Positions 49,484-58,968 of a DNA stretch of 64,000 nt are shown here, one piece after another; the first letter of the stretch is position 1; the number at the start of each line of letters is the position of its first letter. The translations under genes and the position numbers were made by a program. The notes under the pieces were generated by a model. It was not told the DNA's origin and did no database searches. It saw only the letters and a list, made by a program, of their open reading frames with translations. Origin of the DNA: an uncultured bacterium (GTDB lineage Bacteria > Zixibacteria > MSB-5A5 > UBA10806). Location of the stretch: positions 128,001 through 192,000 of the forward strand of contig CBEUCH010000001.1 in the NCBI GenBank assembly GCA_965541585.1, in the 5' to 3' direction.

Positions 49484-49729
49484 CTAAAGGTCCAGTTTAG
49501 AGCCCCTCTCTGGCGTAACCTTCCAGACGGGGGTTGTCTCCTTCATCGTTTTTTTTGCCCTGTATATGGCCGGAACGATTTTATCAGAAAACCAGTAAAC
49601 TCCCAAATTCATGATGAGGGTCATGATGAAAGCGAATGTGACCCCGCTACGGTCGCCGATCAGATAACCGATGAAAATCAAAAGGAGAGTCAATACGACG
49701 AATAACAGCGCGGTTTTAAAAGTGTTCAT
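49484..49729 (-). pseudogene. htpX: Truncated htpX (N-terminal two TM helices only)
   Basis: MNTFKTALL...YWFSDKIV.AIYRAK matches the HtpX N-terminus; frame lost at an A8 run; no HExxH. Confidence 0.75.
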
Positions 49730-49917
49730 CTAATTCTCCCGGAGACATAAGATACAATCTCGGATACAATAGCGTCAAGTCAAACCGTTGCAGCATAAAC
49801 TCCAATGCCCCGAAAACTATCTTCCCGGACGCATTCTTATGCTGCATATAGACGGTATCTGTTTCATGCCTGCCGCTTTGAGTTTTTATTACTTTCCTCG
49901 CAAATGAGTTAAAGGCA

Positions 49918-50895
49918 TCAGCTGAAAAATGAGTAGAATATAAAGGAGAAATATCCCAGCAGAAAGAATAGTCCTATCAGCCGTGAGGTCCTGATATTCT
50001 CTTTTAAGACAGGAAATACCGCTATGGTAAACAAGAGCATAATCGGCATATTGATATATATATCCCTTTTCTCTACAGGTACAGGTAGAATAAGCGCCGC
50101 CACACCGAGTATAAGAAGCGTATTGAACGTATTGCTTCCCAGAACCATGCCCAAATTAATCCTTTCTTCCTTTTTTATAGACGCAACAACCGAAACGACA
50201 AGTTCAGGCAATGAAGTACCGAGTGCTACTATTGAAAGGCCGATGACCATCTGGCTCACGCCAATTGATGTCGCTATAGATACAGCGCTTTTGACCAATA
50301 GATATGAACCGGCCAGGAGCACCGTTAAGCCAATCAGAGAAAATAGCAGGTTATATAATGGTCTTTTTTCTTTGGTCTTCCGGCTTATGATGCTTTCAAT
50401 CTTTTTCTCCGTCTCCTCTATCTCTTTTTCGAACTTTCTGAGCATCCTCTTGCGCACGGTCATGATGTTGTAAGAGATGAAAACGATAAATAAGGCAATC
50501 AGTATAAGGCCGTCGAAGCGGCCAATGGAGCCATCGAGGCTAATGATGAACAATACTAATGAAACAACGACCAGAAACGGAAATTCTCTTCTCACAGCTT
50601 TTTCTTCCGGCTTGGGCGGGAAGAATAAAATTACCAGTCCCAATATCAAACCTATGTTAGCGATATTGCTGCCGATAACATTTCCCAAGGCGATGGCGCT
50701 ATTTTTCTCAAGCGAGGCAATGGTACTTACCAGGAGCTCCGGGGCAGACGTTCCGAAAGCAACAACGGTCGAACCGATAATAAGCGGTGAAATACCGATA
50801 CCTTTTGCCAACCATGAACTATGAGAAACCAACCGTTCCGCTCCCCAGTACAGTAAGGCGATACTGACGATGAGCAAGAGGATATCAATGATCAT
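49918..50895 (-). CDS. Ca2+/Na+ antiporter (YrbG/CaCA family)
   Basis: Two alpha repeats: GTSAPE...GNVIGSN and GTSLPE...LGSN. Confidence 0.93.
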   Translation of the reverse strand: MIIDILLLIVSIALLYWGAERLVSHSSWLAKGIGISPLIIGSTVVAFGTSAPELLVSTIASLEKNSAIALGNVIGSNIANIGLILGLVILFFPPKPEEKAVRREFPFLVVVSLVLFIISLDGSIGRFDGLILIALFIVFISYNIMTVRKRMLRKFEKEIEETEKKIESIISRKTKEKRPLYNLLFSLIGLTVLLAGSYLLVKSAVSIATSIGVSQMVIGLSIVALGTSLPELVVSVVASIKKEERINLGMVLGSNTFNTLLILGVAALILPVPVEKRDIYINMPIMLLFTIAVFPVLKENIRTSRLIGLFFLLGYFSFIFYSFFS

Positions 50896-51017
50896 AATAG
50901 AAGCCCGATAATCTCGATAGTATTGCCATATTCAAGCTTGATGCCGGCAGTATCAAAACGGCTCGATTTCCAGGGATTGGCTATGGCGGTGGTTGTAAGA
51001 ATTAGAGGCCATCCAGA

Positions 51018-51923
51018 TCAACCGCGGATTATCTTGGAGACTATGTCGGATCGGGAGAGAACACCGACCAGTCTATCGTCTTTTACGACCATGACACGTT
51101 CGGCATCTTTGAATAGCATCAGGGCCGCGGCTTCGACGACCTGCGCCCGCTGCGAGATTGTCGCTATGTCCCGGTTCATGACATCCTTGACGCGGACCTT
51201 ATCTTCCTGCCTGAGAAGATCCTCGAACGGCTCCAGTTCCGGCAGGTGGGCCAGGTTGGCAATAAAACTTTCATAATCAGGCAATGCGAATTCCAGAAGG
51301 TCTTTTTCGGAGATCTCACCCACTATTTTTCCATCTGCATCGACTACCGGCAGACCGTCCACCTTATGCTTGAACATGATGTTCGCCACGTTTTTCAGGG
51401 AGTCATCCGGGGAAACGGTAGGAGTTTTCTCAGTCATAATATCCGCAACGATTAAGGCTTTCTGAACCCTTATACCGGCGTTTTCTATTACGCTGATAAG
51501 TTCTCCGGGCGAACTAACCGCGGCGATCTTATCGATGATCTTCGGCCGGCGGGCGAAATTGGCGAGGCCGGATAAGGTCTGTAGATAGAGTTTTGAGATA
51601 TTTCTCGGGGTTAGCAAAAGACATATCGCTTTTAGCGGGATACTGTCAGAGGCATCGGTGTCGATTCCCTCCCTTATGATTCCCAGGACGATATGAAGAT
51701 CATCCACGGCGTCGGTACGTGCGTGGGGAAAGGCGAAACCTCGCCCGAAGGATGTGGAGCCATACCCCTCCCTCTCCATCACGGCCGTTAGTATCTGGTT
51801 CATGTTCTTGTCGGGATGTTTCTTGCAGAAGAGATTGGCCAGATGCTCGACGGCCTTATCCTTAGTTTTAACTCTCATATCCACGTCGATTAAATCATCA
51901 TGGAAAAACCGGGCCAGATTCAT
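51018..51923 (-). CDS. PTS EIIA(Ntr/Fru)-like domain fused to a CBS pair
   Basis: EREGYGSTSFGRGFAFPHART (phospho-His), followed by two CBS repeats; GGAG RBS. Confidence 0.85.
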   Translation of the reverse strand: MNLARFFHDDLIDVDMRVKTKDKAVEHLANLFCKKHPDKNMNQILTAVMEREGYGSTSFGRGFAFPHARTDAVDDLHIVLGIIREGIDTDASDSIPLKAICLLLTPRNISKLYLQTLSGLANFARRPKIIDKIAAVSSPGELISVIENAGIRVQKALIVADIMTEKTPTVSPDDSLKNVANIMFKHKVDGLPVVDADGKIVGEISEKDLLEFALPDYESFIANLAHLPELEPFEDLLRQEDKVRVKDVMNRDIATISQRAQVVEAAALMLFKDAERVMVVKDDRLVGVLSRSDIVSKIIRG

Positions 51924-51948
51924 TTTTTTGCTCCCTGTCCTCTTCCGT

Positions 51949-52617
51949 TCAAGATTTGATTTGTGTTGCCGCCCCGGACGGTTTGGATTTGATTTTCTCC
52001 ACAACTCGAATTTGCCGTGGAGCCGAAATACTGCCCGATACAAAGAATTTGATTCCGTCTTCCACCGAAATGTCGAGAATTTTCGCTTCCCCCGCAGGGA
52101 TAAGTATCGCCATTCCGGAAAAAGGCGTTGGGGTCGAAGGTATGAAGATGCTCCAGAATTCTTTCTCGCCGTCTGCGAGATGGATCTTGATACGATTGGC
52201 CAGAAAACCCAGAGCGTAAGTTCCCCTTCGGGGATATTCGATCATCACGACATTTTCGAACGTTTTTTTTTCCGGAACCGCTATTCCCTCTATGAGCTGT
52301 TTCGACGCCGAGTAAAGCGTCCTGAAAAACGGAATCTTTAAAAGAAATCTCTCCCACAGTCTGTATATCTTCTGGCCGAAGACGTTGGTTGTCAATATTC
52401 CGGAGAGCATGATCAGCATCAGAGTAACCGCCAGTCCTATGAAAGGGAATCCATAATCCTGGCCGAGAATTTTCACCACGTAGGGCTTTACAAAATTATC
52501 TATGGATTCTATGCCGAATTTTAATATAGCCACGGCAACAAACAAGGGGACAATAACGAGCATCCCCGATAGAAACCTGGTCTTTATCGTAATCTTGAAT
52601 TCGTCTCTGAGAGTCAT
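51949..52617 (-). CDS. DUF502 family membrane protein
   Basis: FLSGMLVIVP, IPFFRTLYSASKQL, IEYPRRG, FIPSTPTPFSG. Confidence 0.88.
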   Translation of the reverse strand: MTLRDEFKITIKTRFLSGMLVIVPLFVAVAILKFGIESIDNFVKPYVVKILGQDYGFPFIGLAVTLMLIMLSGILTTNVFGQKIYRLWERFLLKIPFFRTLYSASKQLIEGIAVPEKKTFENVVMIEYPRRGTYALGFLANRIKIHLADGEKEFWSIFIPSTPTPFSGMAILIPAGEAKILDISVEDGIKFFVSGSISAPRQIRVVEKIKSKPSGAATQIKS

Positions 52618-52792
52618 GAGATTTATTATTCGGGTGAACCTGACCGGTGTCAAGCGAAAAGGATTTCACCGTCCGTAGCCGCGCCCTCCGACAATCCATA
52701 TTCTTAATGATATTCTCGGCTCTCAATCTGTTTACATAAGCCGGAATCCCGGTATTATTTCAGGCCGGGGGTAATGGTGCGACTTTATCCAT

Positions 52793-54220
52793 TCAAAGCT
52801 GGGGGAAAAAGACCCGGGCCGCCTGCCTGGCCCATTCATAGAAAGTCGACGGAAGCACACAGATTAAGATGACCATGGCTCCGGAGATTGCAATCCCCAG
52901 GCCGAGAGTCGGCCCGAAGAGTATTCTCGATTCGTCGTCGCCCCTGCGGAAAAACATCTTGCGGACCACGTTCATGTAGTAGAATAACGATACCACCGAC
53001 ATCAAAACGGCGATTACCACCAGCCAGTAGATATGCTCTTTTACGGCAGCGGCGAAAAGCCAGTATTTACCGAGAAAACCCGCGGTGGGGGGGATGCCGA
53101 CCAGAGACAGCATAAATATAGTCATCATGGCCGAGGCCAGAGGATTTCTCCTTATCAAGCCGGCGTAGTCGTCAATTTGATCCGATCCGGTCATATTGGA
53201 AAAACCGATTGCCACCATGAAGGCGCCGATATTGGCGAACATATAGGCCATCAGAAAGATCATCATCCCGATAATGGAATAGCCGTTACCTGCTGCGAGG
53301 GCAACTAACACATAACCGATCTGGGCGATTGAAGAATACGCCAGCATCCTCTTGATATTGGATTGCATAAGAGCCACGAAATTCCCGATCACCATGGCCA
53401 GCACGGCCACGATTTCCAAAAGCAGGACCCAATCGGTCTTTGCAATAATGAGCGGGCTGAAGAAAATTCTGACGAATGCCACCAGCCCGGCTGCTTTTGA
53501 GGCGACTGAAAGGAAAGCCGTAACGGGCGTGGGAGCTCCCTCGTATACGTCCGGAGCCCACATGTGAAACGGGGCCGCAGCCAGCTTGAATCCGAATCCC
53601 GCGATAAATAATACTATCGCCAGTCCGAGCCCCAGGCTGAGACCTTCAGCGGTTAAATCCCAGCTATTAATATCGGCCAGCATGGTGGTGCCGGTGAGGC
53701 CATACAGCATGCTCAAGCCGAAAAGCAAAATACCCGAGGATGCCCCTCCAATTATGAGATATTTCAGACCGGCTTCTGTTGATTTCAGATCTTTTTTCAA
53801 AAAGGCGGCCAGCACGTAAAGGGGTATGGTGGCAAGCTCCAACGATACATACAGCGTGATAAGCTCACCGGCCCCTGCCAGGAACATCATACCAACGGTG
53901 GCCAGCAGTATGAGACCGTAAAACTCGCCTTTATGCTTGATTCTTATTTCCACAAAATCTATGGATGCAATGATCGTCAGCATCGCCGTGAGCAGGAATA
54001 TTTCATTAAACAGCCTGCCGTAATCATCGGATAAATAGGTGCCGAAGAAACCCTGCCCGGCATCTACAAACACGGCCAGGACAGCGGTTATCGCCAGCCC
54101 CAGAATGGAGAGATAGCCGAGGCCTCTGCGGCTGCCATCCTTTTTGAGAAAATCAATTGCTATGATGAGCATCGCCCAGCATGTCAGGAAGATCTGTGGA
54201 ATTATCAGCGAAATATTCAT
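52793..54220 (-). CDS. nuoN: NADH-quinone oxidoreductase subunit N
   Basis: EAGLKY, FKLAAAPFHMWAPDVYEGAPTP, KRMLAYSSIA, GIPPTAGF.GK. Confidence 0.95.
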   Translation of the reverse strand: MNISLIIPQIFLTCWAMLIIAIDFLKKDGSRRGLGYLSILGLAITAVLAVFVDAGQGFFGTYLSDDYGRLFNEIFLLTAMLTIIASIDFVEIRIKHKGEFYGLILLATVGMMFLAGAGELITLYVSLELATIPLYVLAAFLKKDLKSTEAGLKYLIIGGASSGILLFGLSMLYGLTGTTMLADINSWDLTAEGLSLGLGLAIVLFIAGFGFKLAAAPFHMWAPDVYEGAPTPVTAFLSVASKAAGLVAFVRIFFSPLIIAKTDWVLLLEIVAVLAMVIGNFVALMQSNIKRMLAYSSIAQIGYVLVALAAGNGYSIIGMMIFLMAYMFANIGAFMVAIGFSNMTGSDQIDDYAGLIRRNPLASAMMTIFMLSLVGIPPTAGFLGKYWLFAAAVKEHIYWLVVIAVLMSVVSLFYYMNVVRKMFFRRGDDESRILFGPTLGLGIAISGAMVILICVLPSTFYEWARQAARVFFPQL

Positions 54221-55749
54221 GATCCGAGTATCAGTTTTACGAGGTTATCGACTGTATCTTTTAAGAAAACATTCAAAACTTTTGGATAAACTCCCACTAA
54301 AAGAGTGAAAACAGCCAGGGGGATGACAGTGAAGATTTCCCGGCCGTTTATCTCTGTTAGACCCTCCCATCTGGTGTTGAATTGCCCCAGAAACATCCTC
54401 TGGATCATCCTGAGAATATACACGGCGGTTAGAACCACTCCCAGTATAGCCACTATGACTATCCATTTGGAGACGAAGATCGACTGGAACGAGCCGACGA
54501 AAACCATGAATTCGGAAATAAAGCCACTCATTCCCGGAAGACCTAACGAAGCCATTCCGAACAGCACGAAAAGGCCGGTGAAAACCGGTATCTTAACTCC
54601 TAGTCCGCCGAATGCTGCAATCTCCCTGGTATGGGCCCTGTCATATAAAACCCCCACGAGAAGGAACAATGCCCCTGTTATCACGCCGTGGGAGAACATC
54701 TGGAAAAGGCAGCCAGATATGCCGACTGTCGTAATGGCCGCCATACCAAGCAGGCAATATCCCATATGCGAAACAGAGGAGTAGGCCACCAGCTTCTTAA
54801 GATCAGTCTGCGCCATGGAAACCAGCGCGCCGTAGATGATGCCGATCAGGCCGAGGATCGCTATCGGTATGGCGTAGGCGACGGTTGCTTCCGGGAACAT
54901 GGGGAAAGAGACCCTCAGGATACCGTAGGTGCCCATCTTCAACAATACCCCGGCCAGGATAACCGATACGGCTGTCGGCGCCTCCACATGGGCGTCGGGT
55001 AACCACGTATGGAACGGCCAGACCGGAATCTTTATGGCGAAGGCTATGAAGAAAGTAGCGAACACCCACATCTGAAACAGGTGGGAGTAGAGTGAGTTCT
55101 GCCGTATAAGCGCCAGCATGTCAAGCGACCCGACCGTGAAATAAAGGGCCAGAATACCGACCAGCATAAAGACCGAACCGAAAAGCGTATATAGAAAGAA
55201 CTTGATCGCCGCGTATTCCCGTCGAGGGCCGCCCCAGACACCGATTAGGAAATACATGGGGACTAACATGATTTCCCAGAAGATGTAAAATAAGAAAAAG
55301 TCGAGGGCGCAGAAGACGCCGATCATGCCAACCTCGAGCAGCAAAAACCAGGCGAAATATTCTTTTACCCTGTCTTTGATACCGAAGGAGGCGATAATCG
55401 AGACGAAAGATAAAAGCCCCGTCAGAAAGAGCATCGGCACCGAAAGACCGTCGGCGCCCATGATATACTGGACGTTGACCTGCGGGAACCAACTCAGCGG
55501 TCGGGCGAAATCGAAAACGAATCCCTGAGTCTCGCTGTGAATGTTGAAAAGCATCCCCGTACCCATGGCCTCGAAATAGAACCAGACTAAATAAATAGAG
55601 AGTACAAAAGGAACGAAGGAGAAGAAGGCAGCGGTCCATCGAATCGCCCCCACCGATTCTTTCTTCAATAGGAGAATCGCCACGATCCCGATTAAGGGGA
55701 TGAAGGTCATATATGTTAATATTGGAAATGGTAATGTTATCGGTTCCAA
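54217..55749 (-). CDS. nuoM: NADH-quinone oxidoreductase subunit M
   Basis: FWEIMLVPMY, PFHTWLPDAHVEAP, LLKMGTYG, AYSSVSHMG; TTG start after AGGAGG. Confidence 0.95.
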   Translation of the reverse strand: MEPITLPFPILTYMTFIPLIGIVAILLLKKESVGAIRWTAAFFSFVPFVLSIYLVWFYFEAMGTGMLFNIHSETQGFVFDFARPLSWFPQVNVQYIMGADGLSVPMLFLTGLLSFVSIIASFGIKDRVKEYFAWFLLLEVGMIGVFCALDFFLFYIFWEIMLVPMYFLIGVWGGPRREYAAIKFFLYTLFGSVFMLVGILALYFTVGSLDMLALIRQNSLYSHLFQMWVFATFFIAFAIKIPVWPFHTWLPDAHVEAPTAVSVILAGVLLKMGTYGILRVSFPMFPEATVAYAIPIAILGLIGIIYGALVSMAQTDLKKLVAYSSVSHMGYCLLGMAAITTVGISGCLFQMFSHGVITGALFLLVGVLYDRAHTREIAAFGGLGVKIPVFTGLFVLFGMASLGLPGMSGFISEFMVFVGSFQSIFVSKWIVIVAILGVVLTAVYILRMIQRMFLGQFNTRWEGLTEINGREIFTVIPLAVFTLLVGVYPKVLNVFLKDTVDNLVKLILGS

Positions 55750-55766
55750 CTAATCCTCCTTTATCG

Positions 55767-57932
55767 TCAAATTAGCTTTATAAATAAGAAGACCACCGCG
55801 CCGAAAAACACCACCAGCGCATAGGTCTGCAATTGACCGGTTTGTATCTTTCTGAGTGTCCTGCCGAAAAACATCGAGAGATAACCTGTGCCGTTGACGG
55901 CGCCATCGACCACATAGGTGTCGAATCGCTCATTTGCCCACGAGATGAATAGAGTCAGCTTCCCCGTGCCGTTGACGATGCCATCTATTATAAGGAGATC
56001 GAATTTGAAAAGAAAATCGGCCAACCGATACGTCGGATTGACTATAACGGCCATGTAGAGCTCATCGAAATACCACTTGTTATACAGGAATGTATATATC
56101 GGCTTGAACCTCTGCGCCATTTTCACCGGAGAAATTACTCCTTTGTAATACATTAGATAGGCCAGGCCAATGCCTGATGCGGCTACTACCAGCGAAATAA
56201 ACATAAGCAATATACTGGGCTCCACGTGGTGAACTGCACCGTAATAGACGAAGGAGGAATAACCCTTGTGGAGCCAGGGTATGCCGACCCAGCCGGCGCA
56301 GATCGAAAGCACCGCGAGTATCATCAGGGGTATAGTCATATTCTTAGGGGATTCGTGGGCATGGTCATAGGCGTGCTGATCGCGCGGCTTCCCGGTGAAC
56401 GTCATAAAATACAGCCTGAACATATAGAAGGCGGTCATGCCTGCAACGAGAATTCCAACCAGGAGGAATATATAATGCCCACCTGCAAGGGCCGTGGCGA
56501 AGATCTCGTCCTTCGACCAGAAACCTGCCAGGGGAAAGATCCCGGATATGGATAAGCTGGCGATAAGGAACGTTATGGATGTTATCTTCAATTTTTTGTG
56601 CAACCCTCCCATGAACTGGATATCGTTGGTGTGGACAGCGTGTATAACCGAACCGGCGCCCAGGAAAAGGAGGGCTTTGAAACAGGCGTGGGTCATAAGA
56701 TGAAAAGTCCCCGCGGTGAATCCCGCGAGGCCCAGGGCCATGATCATGTAACCCAGCTGGGAGACGGTGGAATAGGCCAGGACACGTTTTATATCATTTT
56801 GCACGAGACCTATAGACGCCGCCAGAAACGCCGTGAATGCTCCTACCGACGCTACAACAAGCATCATGGTCTCCGATATCATGATTATTCCCATCAGGCG
56901 GGCGGTCAGGTAGACTCCCGCCGCCACCATGGTAGCAGCATGAATCAGGGCGGAGACCGGTGTCGGGCCCTCCATGGCGTCGGGCAGCCACACATGAAGA
57001 GGGAACTGCGCCGATTTTCCCACGGCACCGCAGAACATCAGGATGCCGGCTATAACCACCAGCGGCAGCATATTCGATGCTATCTGGCCGTTGGCGATCA
57101 TATAATCGAGCTCGGGTAGAGATGCTGTACCGACAGCGAAGATGAGTATTACCAATCCGAGGAGGAATCCCAGATCGCCTATCTTGGTGGTCACGAACGC
57201 TTTCTTGCCGGCATCGGAAGCGGATTTCTTTTCGAACCAGAAACCAATCAATAAATAAGACGTTAATCCCACAAGCTCCCAGAAGACGAACATCAATACA
57301 TATGTGCCGGCCAACACCAGGCCCAGCATGGAGAAGGTAAATAGTGAAAGATAAGCGAAATACCTGGCGAATCGCGGATCGCCGTGCATGTAGCCCAAAG
57401 AATAGATTTGCACCAGCGCGGCCACTATGGTGACCACCAGGAGCATGATCGCCGTCAGGGGATCTATGTATATACCCATGGGAACGACAAAGGCGCCTTT
57501 TTTACCGTGCCTCTGAGGCTCATGGAATTTCAGGTGGCCGGATTCAGCGTGCTCCACGTTATCACCGGGATGGGTGGAGCCTGATGATTCCAATTGTGGC
57601 GTTTCCGACCCTAAAATAGATTCGGTTTCATGATCCTCCGAAGATTCTGATTCGTGGATTTCTGTTACGCCGCCATGTTCATTTTGATCGGGGATTATCC
57701 CTTCGGCCCCGGCCATACCGCCATCACCGAGAACCACCCATTCGATCCAGTATTCGCGGGGCGTGGGATCTTTTATAACCTCGATAAGGACGATGACGGA
57801 TAAGACAAATGATAAGAGAACCATTGATATGGAGAAATAGCTGGAGACCTTGTTACTTCTGTTGAAGAAGAATATGATCAGGATAGATGCCAGCAGGGGA
57901 AGCGCCGCAATTATCCAGCTATAAGGTGACAT
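55767..57932 (-). CDS. nuoL: NADH-quinone oxidoreductase subunit L with His/Glu-rich insertion
   Basis: GKSAQFPLHVWLPDAMEGPTPVSALIHAATMV, THACFKALLFL, GFWSKDEI. Confidence 0.95.
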   Translation of the reverse strand: MSPYSWIIAALPLLASILIIFFFNRSNKVSSYFSISMVLLSFVLSVIVLIEVIKDPTPREYWIEWVVLGDGGMAGAEGIIPDQNEHGGVTEIHESESSEDHETESILGSETPQLESSGSTHPGDNVEHAESGHLKFHEPQRHGKKGAFVVPMGIYIDPLTAIMLLVVTIVAALVQIYSLGYMHGDPRFARYFAYLSLFTFSMLGLVLAGTYVLMFVFWELVGLTSYLLIGFWFEKKSASDAGKKAFVTTKIGDLGFLLGLVILIFAVGTASLPELDYMIANGQIASNMLPLVVIAGILMFCGAVGKSAQFPLHVWLPDAMEGPTPVSALIHAATMVAAGVYLTARLMGIIMISETMMLVVASVGAFTAFLAASIGLVQNDIKRVLAYSTVSQLGYMIMALGLAGFTAGTFHLMTHACFKALLFLGAGSVIHAVHTNDIQFMGGLHKKLKITSITFLIASLSISGIFPLAGFWSKDEIFATALAGGHYIFLLVGILVAGMTAFYMFRLYFMTFTGKPRDQHAYDHAHESPKNMTIPLMILAVLSICAGWVGIPWLHKGYSSFVYYGAVHHVEPSILLMFISLVVAASGIGLAYLMYYKGVISPVKMAQRFKPIYTFLYNKWYFDELYMAVIVNPTYRLADFLFKFDLLIIDGIVNGTGKLTLFISWANERFDTYVVDGAVNGTGYLSMFFGRTLRKIQTGQLQTYALVVFFGAVVFLFIKLI

Positions 57933-58654
57933 CAGTTATTATCTCCTGACTCATTCTTGTTTCTGGCCGCTTGCATATTCTCCGTTTCCAGAGGCGGCTT
58001 CCCGTTCTGTGTTTTCACTATCGCCGATATTTCCTTGAAGGCTCCGGCTACGGGAGCCGCCATGGGATTGCCTGAGACCAACGTGGGTATGCTGGCAATT
58101 ACGTTCATTGTTATTCTGTCTTTTATACAGACCCGGTCCAGGCCGGTAAGGCCTACGCTATAAGAGAAAGATGTCAGGACGATAAAGAATATGGCGGCGA
58201 TGATTACCCCGAACTTCCGGAGGTTGCCGGGATTTGTGCCGGCCAAGGCTCTCCAGGTGACCATGAAAGGAAATGCCGATATCATAATGCCGCTGGCGAG
58301 GCCGAAGATTATTCCCCGCCACAGGACTACTGCGAGATCAACGTCTGTGAAAGTCTTTAAGGCTCCCGGCGAGTCGACGAGAGAATACGAAATGAATCCG
58401 AGCCCAAAAAAGACGGCCAGTATGGACCCCAGAGCCCAGCCTGATTTCAGAGAAGCCCTGGTTTTGAGCGATGAAGATTTCTTGTAATACAGGAAAAATC
58501 CGGCCGCAGAGAGCATAAATACGAAATAATATAGATCGACCGGCAACTGGAAGAGGTTAACGAATAAGAGTGGCAGACCGAAAAGCAGCACGCATAAATC
58601 AAAGATCCATATCAGATGTTTCCAGCTCCGCGTATTTAAGTTGACCGATACCAT
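57932..58654 (-). CDS. Hypothetical membrane protein inserted between nuoK and nuoL
   Basis: 240-aa ORF with about 5-6 hydrophobic segments; 4 bp from nuoK, stop overlaps the nuoL start. Confidence 0.75.
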   Translation of the reverse strand: MVSVNLNTRSWKHLIWIFDLCVLLFGLPLLFVNLFQLPVDLYYFVFMLSAAGFFLYYKKSSSLKTRASLKSGWALGSILAVFFGLGFISYSLVDSPGALKTFTDVDLAVVLWRGIIFGLASGIMISAFPFMVTWRALAGTNPGNLRKFGVIIAAIFFIVLTSFSYSVGLTGLDRVCIKDRITMNVIASIPTLVSGNPMAAPVAGAFKEISAIVKTQNGKPPLETENMQAARNKNESGDNN

Positions 58655-58658
58655 TATC

Positions 58659-58967
58659 TCACCATTTCATGAAGTTGATTTTGTCCACCTCGATGCCGCG
58701 GAAATTTCTGTATAGCAGTATGACAATAGCCAGGCCCACGGCGGCCTCGGCGGCGGCGATGGTTATTATGAATATCGCGAAGATCTGTCCGGTGATCGCC
58801 TCCGGTGTTAAAAATCTCGAGAATGCCACGAAATTTATATTTACCGCATTAAACATAAGCTCGATAGACATCAAAACACCTACGGCGTTACGCCGTGTCA
58901 AGAGCCCGAATATCCCGATAGAGAAAAGTGCCGATGAGAGTATTAGATAATGGGTCAGTTCCGGCAT
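58659..58967 (-). CDS. nuoK: NADH-quinone oxidoreductase subunit K
   Basis: RRNAV..LMSIELMFNAVN, IAAAEAAVGLAI. Confidence 0.95.
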   Translation of the reverse strand: MPELTHYLILSSALFSIGIFGLLTRRNAVGVLMSIELMFNAVNINFVAFSRFLTPEAITGQIFAIFIITIAAAEAAVGLAIVILLYRNFRGIEVDKINFMKW

Positions 58968-58968
58968 C

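Noticed and set aside
50931..50946. sigma54-like motif upstream of the antiporter (minus strand CGGCATCAAGCTTGAA)
   Set aside because: The -12 element is GA rather than GC; too weak to call
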